A DNA stretch of 29,917 nt, taken from assembly GCA_040437565.1 (NCBI GenBank), contig JBDOQK010000080.1, positions 62,001 through 91,917 of the forward strand, given 5' to 3'. Of this stretch, positions 23,600 to 29,917 are shown in pieces. The DNA is from Albugo candida. Taxonomy: Eukaryota. Each line of letters starts with the position of its first letter. Position 1 is the stretch's first letter. The notes under the pieces are model-generated. The model was not told where the DNA came from and searched no databases. It was given only the letters and a program-made list of their open reading frames with translations. A program made the translations under genes and the position numbers.

Positions 23600-24400
23600 A
23601 TATCGAGCTGCTTCAGCTTTCAAATCTTTTCACATTTTCTGAGATCGAAGTTCTTCGTAACTATTCGAAAACCATATTAACGTTTGATTGGTTTTCTTCC
23701 TCAAGTTAAGAACATGTGAAAAATTGTGAGAACATTTAGAAAACAGATCAATACGACATGTCGTTGCGCGGTAATGGTCCTGTAACTATCAATGGACGTT
23801 GCGCACCCAAAGCATCTACCACAGTCAACTGCAAAAGCCATTCAAAATACGCTGATCTTCATGGCTCGTATCGATTCTTCCACTCGATGTATCGCTAGCT
23901 GGGTCGAGTGTTGTCTTAAAACACCAGTCTGTTGCGGATATGTACCTACCTTCATTCTTTACACAGGATGTAGCGCTCCACAAAACAAAAATTCCCTGTA
24001 GGAAGGTTTGGTAAATATCAAGATCGACATATTTACTCACTTTCTCTAGAATTGAGTGCTGCCCCAGACCGTGCTGCATTTTCAGAGCACAATAAATGAT
24101 TGTTGTCTTAATTAGGCTATCATTTGAAAGTGACTCATGTGTCTCATGTGCTACTTCCACGTAGAAAGTGCGGTTCAGCAGTCGAAAGTTGGTGGGAATG
24201 AAATAGCTCTCCTTTTTTTTTCACGATCTTTTGAGGTCGGTACATCGCACAATCGAAGTGATACAATCACTTGAATACTGAATGGGCAGAATAAATATTG
24301 TTTGGATAAGAATGGAAGTAGCAGGAGCAACCCGCACTCAATCGCGTTGAGATTAGATATCTGACACAAAAGCGGATGCAAAAGGAAAAGCATGATGATG
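23600..24400 (-). pseudogene. Probable decayed gene relic, possibly once secreted; loosely similar to the relic at 0.2-0.9 kb
   Basis: Hydrophobic start MLFLLHPLLCQISNLNAIEC, then broken frames including IYCALKMQHGLGQHSILEKVSKYVDLDI and YISATDWCFKTTL. Boundaries are approximate. Confidence 0.3.
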
Positions 24401-25069
24401 CAACACGTTGTTTGAATGCATTCGAATTCTGAAATTTTGCATTGGTAGCAGAACATTGAAGTTTAGTCATAAAATTGTAGACATGGGATAAGCAGAATCC
24501 TTCAACCCCTTCGGGTAGAGGGTCTATCATTATAGTCGCAGCAATAGATACTGATGTGTGGCACTAGTACGATAAAGCATCTAAAAAAGGTGTAAAACGT
24601 CCAGCTATAAAATGCGTGCTATACTCACTTTATTCGTTTGCATCAAAGGGGAGGGAAAAGGGAGAAATACGGCTTTGCGGGTCCGGTTTTATGCACATGG
24701 CAAAAAAAAGACAGCCCGCCGATCTTGATTCCCAGTCTCCCAATATCGAACCAAACTGAACAACAATCCAAATCGAGTAAACAAGTCATATTTCCTCGCG
24801 GATGTCATGAAATGACGTCGAGTCAAATCACTGGTGGAATTAGCTTGATGTGCATCTTCCGTTTGCAAATCTCAGGAATAATGATCTACATCATGCATGG
24901 TTAATACACTGGTGAAGCTGTCACTTAGGACCGAGAAAACTTTATCAAGCTAATAAGTCTTGGAAGAACTGTAATATTATTCATATGAGCAATACTGGCT
25001 CATCATTGCACTGGAAATCGCATGTACTACGCCTTCCAAATTTTATATATGAAATTTGTGGTCAGTGTG

Positions 25070-25085
25070 ACTCATTCTTGAATTA
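25070..25085 (+). promoter_or_regulatory. Oomycete INR+FPR core-promoter element upstream of the CCG effector
   Basis: ACTCATTCTTGAATTA matches the consensus GCTCATTYYNCAWTTT at 13/16 positions and ends 8 nt before ATG 25094. Confidence 0.6.
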
Positions 25086-25093
25086 TCCACGTC

Positions 25094-27130
25094 ATGCGGA
25101 TGAAGCAACTTTTGTTTGTGCTTCTGTTTCATTCCTTTGGTACTGGATACTGTCAAGTGTTACCTGATTTGAAAACGATGCTCGTCTACGTCAAGCTCGG
25201 ATCGTCAAGCTTGGCTACTTGCCAGGAGTGTATTCTATCTATCGCAGGTGCCGTTGGTGCAAGGCTCATTACACAACGCAACGTACAGTCTGAAGTAGTG
25301 TTTAAAGTCACAGCCTCAGATTTTGGTTTTGTGATGGTGCAACAATATTGCTCGAAAACGACACAATGTGATAAGCTGACAGTTAAAAATCCTTCCGGCT
25401 CAACCTTTGTTCCAACTCTCATGCAAAATCAAGTACCAAGGGTTCACGAAGATCCTTCCAATACTATATTATGCCTCGTCGCAACACAATCGAGCACAAG
25501 ATGTAGAGCCTGCTTGAGAGAATCTAGCGATTCGGCATATTTGGGAGATTTCCGATTAGCAGCACTGACATGCCATCATTTGCATACAATCTACCTTATG
25601 TCCACATCAAGAAAAGCTAGCGACATTGTCTTACCATGCATTGCATCGCAGGCTTGTACCGCATCGACTGTGCAAATTCAGGCTAGAACATGCGCTCCAC
25701 TACTCCTCAATGGACCAATGCAAGACACCCCATACAAGGAAGAAGGTACTCCTTTTAAGTACGAGACTCGTCCAAACAAAGAAAGTCAAATGGTGACTAT
25801 CCAAAATCATTCTAGGTCGGTCAAATTGAAGGAATACTGTTTAAGCAAACATTTGAAGAATCGTAACGACCTCACTGTCATTTTGAAGGAAATAGCGAAA
25901 GTGACGAATGGATTTGTTGTGGTGCTGCATCATGTAACTGACTCCGATAATGAGAACTCAGAACCTTACTACATGCATGTTCTTGCTCAGTCATTTCCCT
26001 CAATGAATATGAAAGATGGCTATGTGAAGCTTGGCTCTGTTAAGTCATTGAAAGTTGAAGAAAAAGCAGTTTGCAATGAGCGTAATGCGCTACAGTTCGA
26101 CACATTACCGATCAAAGATCAGGTTTCTGTTTCGATGAGTGAAGAAAAGCGAACGATGCAGAAAAACATTGTCATCGATTATTCAACTGAGTGCGTCCGG
26201 GCAAGCTCCAAAATAATAAAAGAATGTGATGAATGCATCACTAAGTTGGGGGTTACACTCAATACCAATGCGCTTCTGTCAAAATCAACGTCATTATCCT
26301 ACTTAACAAGCAACTTTGATAAAAGAAAACTTCCATCTTGCATCAAGTCTCATATCAAAAGCACTACGCAATGTTCTCATTTGGTATATGTTCCTAATTT
26401 CATGTGTGAGTATGAATTCCAGCAACATGAGCAATACGTCGGTCATCAACAAAACCATGATAATTCGGCAGGTACCTACCAAGTAACGGAAGAATCACAG
26501 AACGGTTTGGTCCTCTTTGTTGCATTGAGAGTTGGTCCATCGAGTTTTCATCTATTTGGATTTCCCATCCACTCGGAAGTAAACGTTATGCTGGTCCTCT
26601 ATCAGGAGGAGGGTGCTCGAGACTGTCTGATAAATCTTGCGCTCAGATACGATGTATTGATGATCTCACTTGAGAAACGTTACATATGGATGCCATATGA
26701 GCCCGAAATAACTTTTCAGAATGTAGTATGCAAAGGCCTCACTTTTGTGCGAAGCTTGTATCATAATGTTGATTCAATGCAGTCAGTATCTGCCATCAAT
26801 GTGAATCAATTATTCACAGAGTTTGAGACAGGTAAAGGAGCGCACGCTGTGCATCTCGAGGAGGACGCGAGCAGGTCTGGAGCGTATATGATCCAAAAAA
26901 ATTCGCACAAAAAGACAAGAAAACTATTTAGCGATCGCCATAACGACGGCTTTGACGATGATAGCGAGGAGAATTCTTTGAGTAGAGCAAAGACATCAGA
27001 CAAAATGAAGTGGAAGAACAACATGGAACTCCCAAATGTCTATCAAAAGATCGATCCTGTCAGTAATTATGGTCACCATAAGAACGACGCAATTGACACC
27101 AAATTGGAGTATGCGAAGCTGCCAAACTAA
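25094..27130 (+). CDS. Secreted CCG-class (CxxCxxxxxG; formerly CHxC) Albugo effector candidate, 678 aa, intronless
   Basis: Signal-peptide-like N-terminus (M)KQLLFVLLFHSFGTGYC. CQECILSIAG at aa 43-52 is an exact CxxCxxxxxG. Further Cys-paired modules follow, then a low-complexity charged C-terminal tail. Confidence 0.8.
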   Translation: MRMKQLLFVLLFHSFGTGYCQVLPDLKTMLVYVKLGSSSLATCQECILSIAGAVGARLITQRNVQSEVVFKVTASDFGFVMVQQYCSKTTQCDKLTVKNPSGSTFVPTLMQNQVPRVHEDPSNTILCLVATQSSTRCRACLRESSDSAYLGDFRLAALTCHHLHTIYLMSTSRKASDIVLPCIASQACTASTVQIQARTCAPLLLNGPMQDTPYKEEGTPFKYETRPNKESQMVTIQNHSRSVKLKEYCLSKHLKNRNDLTVILKEIAKVTNGFVVVLHHVTDSDNENSEPYYMHVLAQSFPSMNMKDGYVKLGSVKSLKVEEKAVCNERNALQFDTLPIKDQVSVSMSEEKRTMQKNIVIDYSTECVRASSKIIKECDECITKLGVTLNTNALLSKSTSLSYLTSNFDKRKLPSCIKSHIKSTTQCSHLVYVPNFMCEYEFQQHEQYVGHQQNHDNSAGTYQVTEESQNGLVLFVALRVGPSSFHLFGFPIHSEVNVMLVLYQEEGARDCLINLALRYDVLMISLEKRYIWMPYEPEITFQNVVCKGLTFVRSLYHNVDSMQSVSAINVNQLFTEFETGKGAHAVHLEEDASRSGAYMIQKNSHKKTRKLFSDRHNDGFDDDSEENSLSRAKTSDKMKWKNNMELPNVYQKIDPVSNYGHHKNDAIDTKLEYAKLPN

Positions 27131-27789
27131 TACTGAATGACCAAGACGAAACCAAATATGACAACTCAAGTGAGTGCGTAGCAGGAAGCGAGAAAGAAGA
27201 AGGAGCGTTGTAATATGCTCGACATTCCCATATCTACAGTAATGAAGATAATAGATTGAGATTATCATTCCTGATGTAGATAGCTGGGTTTCCACTAGCG
27301 TTCTGTAGAAAAGCGTCTTGCTAAATCAATGCCGTACATACTCCTCACAGTGTTGGCAAGATCAACAACACGACTGCCAACGAACATGAGGTCATAACAC
27401 GATCCTTTAAGAACACATGAGTAAGCTTTGTTGACAACGTTGATATTTTATGACTGTATCATGTTGATATAAATTCACAGTGAATGACTGCCCGCTTATG
27501 CAGTCATGGCGTTAGTCCCTGCTTCAAATCGCAAGTAAGCTTTCGCGCACACGTATATTTTGATAGACGAATCTGAATTAATTCTCTTCGAAGGCAACGA
27601 TAGAGTATTAGCATACTGATTTTCTTCGGGATATCCATAAAAAGTAGCAAATACTACATCAAGAATTTCCTGATGTCCTTTTGGCGCTTCTCGTATATAT
27701 CAAAGGAATGATTGATCGTGGTGAGAATTAGTTTGAAGTTGCTGAAGAGCGAAGCATTTAATGGGGTTCTTCTTACACAGCAAGCTGTA

Positions 27790-28407
27790 TCAGAATGCGA
27801 GATGCCAAGTAACGTTACGTTAGTAGTACACATAGGCTTTTTTCTTCTATTGATTCACCGTCTATCTACTTGATCATCCGGCTAATATATAAAATAACTG
27901 ACGCATAATGTCTTAAAATGGACGTCATCAATCGGTACTATATAGGCTTTCTTATTTGGATTCGATAGTGCTTGTAACATCCATGTTGAAAATATTCATG
28001 TAAAAGTGAGCATACTCCACATCAATAGATTGAGCGAATACAGCATATNNNNNNNNNNNNNNNNNNNNNNNNNNNNNNNNNNNNNNNNNNNNNNNNNNNN
28101 NNNNNNNNNNNNNNNNNNNNNNNNNNNNNNNNNNNNNNNNNNNNNNNNTCAGAATGCGAGATGCCAAGTAACGTTACGTTAGTAGTACACATAGGCTTTT
28201 TTCTTCTATTGATTCACCGTCTATCTACTTGATCATCCGGCTAATATATAAAATAACTGACGCATAATGTCTTAAAATGGACGTCATCAATCGGTACTAT
28301 ATAGGCTTTCTTATTTGGATTCGATAGTGCTTGTAACATCTATGTTGAAAATATTCATGTAAAAGTGAGCATACTCCACATCAATAGATTGAGCGAATAC
28401 AGCATAT
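27790..28407. repeat. 259-bp direct duplication (27790-28048 / 28149-28407) flanking a 100-N gap
   Basis: The copies match apart from one difference I could see, C27982 vs T28341. Confidence 0.9.
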
Positions 28408-29439
28408 GAGATCTATTAGTCGTTGAAACGAAGCTGTGGTTGGCAAAGCTTCGAGAACTTTTCAAAGCGCTTTGCCTTGTTTAGCATTCTCTAATTTGGC
28501 TGTGGTATTCCGCTCCTTCAGCCATCATGTAGTGTTGTGTTCTTTGTCCGCATAAAAAAAGGACAACATCTTCTTTTCCTTAGTGTTTTGCGCTAAAAAC
28601 TCTCGATTTGGCTGGTAAAGTTTTATTTTTCACTTCTTGCTGGCTAGTCGACTTGCAAAACTGGTGCCTCAGTTGCTTCAACTCAGGGTTATTGCGCTCC
28701 CAAATTGTTTCAATAATAGCAACAAACTCTGTAGGAGGTCGTACAGCGAGACCTAATCTTATATTGTCAATGTAACAGCTCAGTGGAACTGAAGAAGTCA
28801 CAGGTTGGTGATTTCTCTTTCAATCAAAATCCTACCGAGAAATACTTCCATTCGCCATTAAAGGATCTGGGCATGTCAACGAGTGGGATGAACAGTTCCT
28901 TGAAAATCACATCTTTAATCAAAAAAGCTTCATGGAGAACATATCATTCAATATCAAACATCGGAGAAGGAAAAAGTTATGAATTTAGGGTTCCGGCCAA
29001 TTTGAAGACGTAAGAATATACCCTAGATCGAATAAACTACTCTGGAATGAGCACCGATGACGTGCTAGAATGTGATACGTCGGACGACTTCCACAGTGTG
29101 AGAAAAGTATTGATTAAATTGAAGCATTCCATCCTGATGAAAAGAAATTACTTGGATTGAGTGCTTCTAGAGATACGAGAACAGAATTCCCATGATGTCA
29201 AACGAAGAATGTATAAAAAAAACCAAGCTCAGTATGTTCTTTGCCTCGTCTCCGAATATGACACACCGATTCAGCAAAGCTCACAAATTTTTTCCAAAGT
29301 GAACACCGACATTGCAACGAGCAATCCGCATACTCTAATGATGAAAAGCAGATTGAAAAGAATAACATGTAGTATCTGTGATAGTCACCACAGCAATTCC
29401 TTAACGACAGGGTTACAGAACATTTAAAGCTGGAATTTG

Positions 29440-29917
29440 TTGAATTCGAGATAGGTCGCATACACTTTTTCCTCAAGAAGAGTAGCCAAATCTTGGATGT
29501 TGGTGACATGTCGAATATGGCGATGCATCTACCTTCCTCGCACGAATGCTTTTTAATCTTGATGGATCAATTTTTGTAAACCGTGGCAATCGATACGCCA
29601 ACACTTTTGAAAGTACTCTCACATCGACGCAAAGCAGCGCGATCGGCCGATAGTTGCCAGGATCACCCCATGATCCTTTTTGTACAATAATGTTCTTGCC
29701 GAATGACGTTGTGATCGAAGTAAGATACTTATTTCCAGCTTATTTTTGAACACGATCTTCAGACACTCGCCAAACGTTTCCGGATCAAGCTGATAAAATG
29801 CAGATGGTAGTCCATCCATACCTGGAGAAGAACTACTCCGCATGTGCTTGATCGCTTCCGCCATCTCGGTCGTACTTAAGGGAGTTGAGAGACGGTCTTG
29901 CTCTGCTGAGGCAAGGG
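29440..29917 (-). mobile_element. L1/Tx1-like LINE reverse-transcriptase region, inactivated, running off the window end
   Basis: SPGMDGLPSAFY, TLLYKK, DPGNYRPIALLCVDVRVLSKVLAYRL, then LIHQD*KAFVRGR*MHRHIRHV...YATYLEFNK, with frameshifts and stops. Confidence 0.9.

Noticed and set aside
27484-27507. 8-bp hairpin ATGACTGC/GCAGTCAT near a TTCAAATC T-loop-like word
   Set aside because: No cloverleaf or A/B-box arrangement could be built, and a stem this short is expected by chance.
1-29917. tRNA, rRNA, CRISPR array or prokaryotic operon
   Set aside because: None seen; the DNA is eukaryotic with spliceosomal introns and has no regularly spaced repeats.

Overview
Eukaryotic, oomycete-like genomic scaffold, most likely Albugo (white rust), inferred from a CCG-class secreted effector, compact intron-poor genes and retained flagellar genes. 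It contains three 100-N gaps. The left ~22 kb is gene-dense: kinesin-2 motor, ankyrin-repeat protein, a 3-exon Cdc6-like gene, THADA/Trm732, a coiled-coil hypothetical protein and CFAP45. The right ~8 kb is gene-sparse, with one intact CCG effector among decayed LINE reverse-transcriptase pieces and gene relics. The most unusual item is the Cdc6. Three separate ORFs splice into one ~1277-aa protein in which the Cdc6 AAA+/winged-helix core carries an N-terminal PWWP-like domain and four copies of a GW/Y-x-x-P module resembling an MBD-type fold. This suggests a licensing factor with its own chromatin/DNA readers. The duplications flanking the gaps and the long palindrome at the THADA 5' end look like assembly artefacts. 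All family assignments come from motif recognition by eye; no database search was run.
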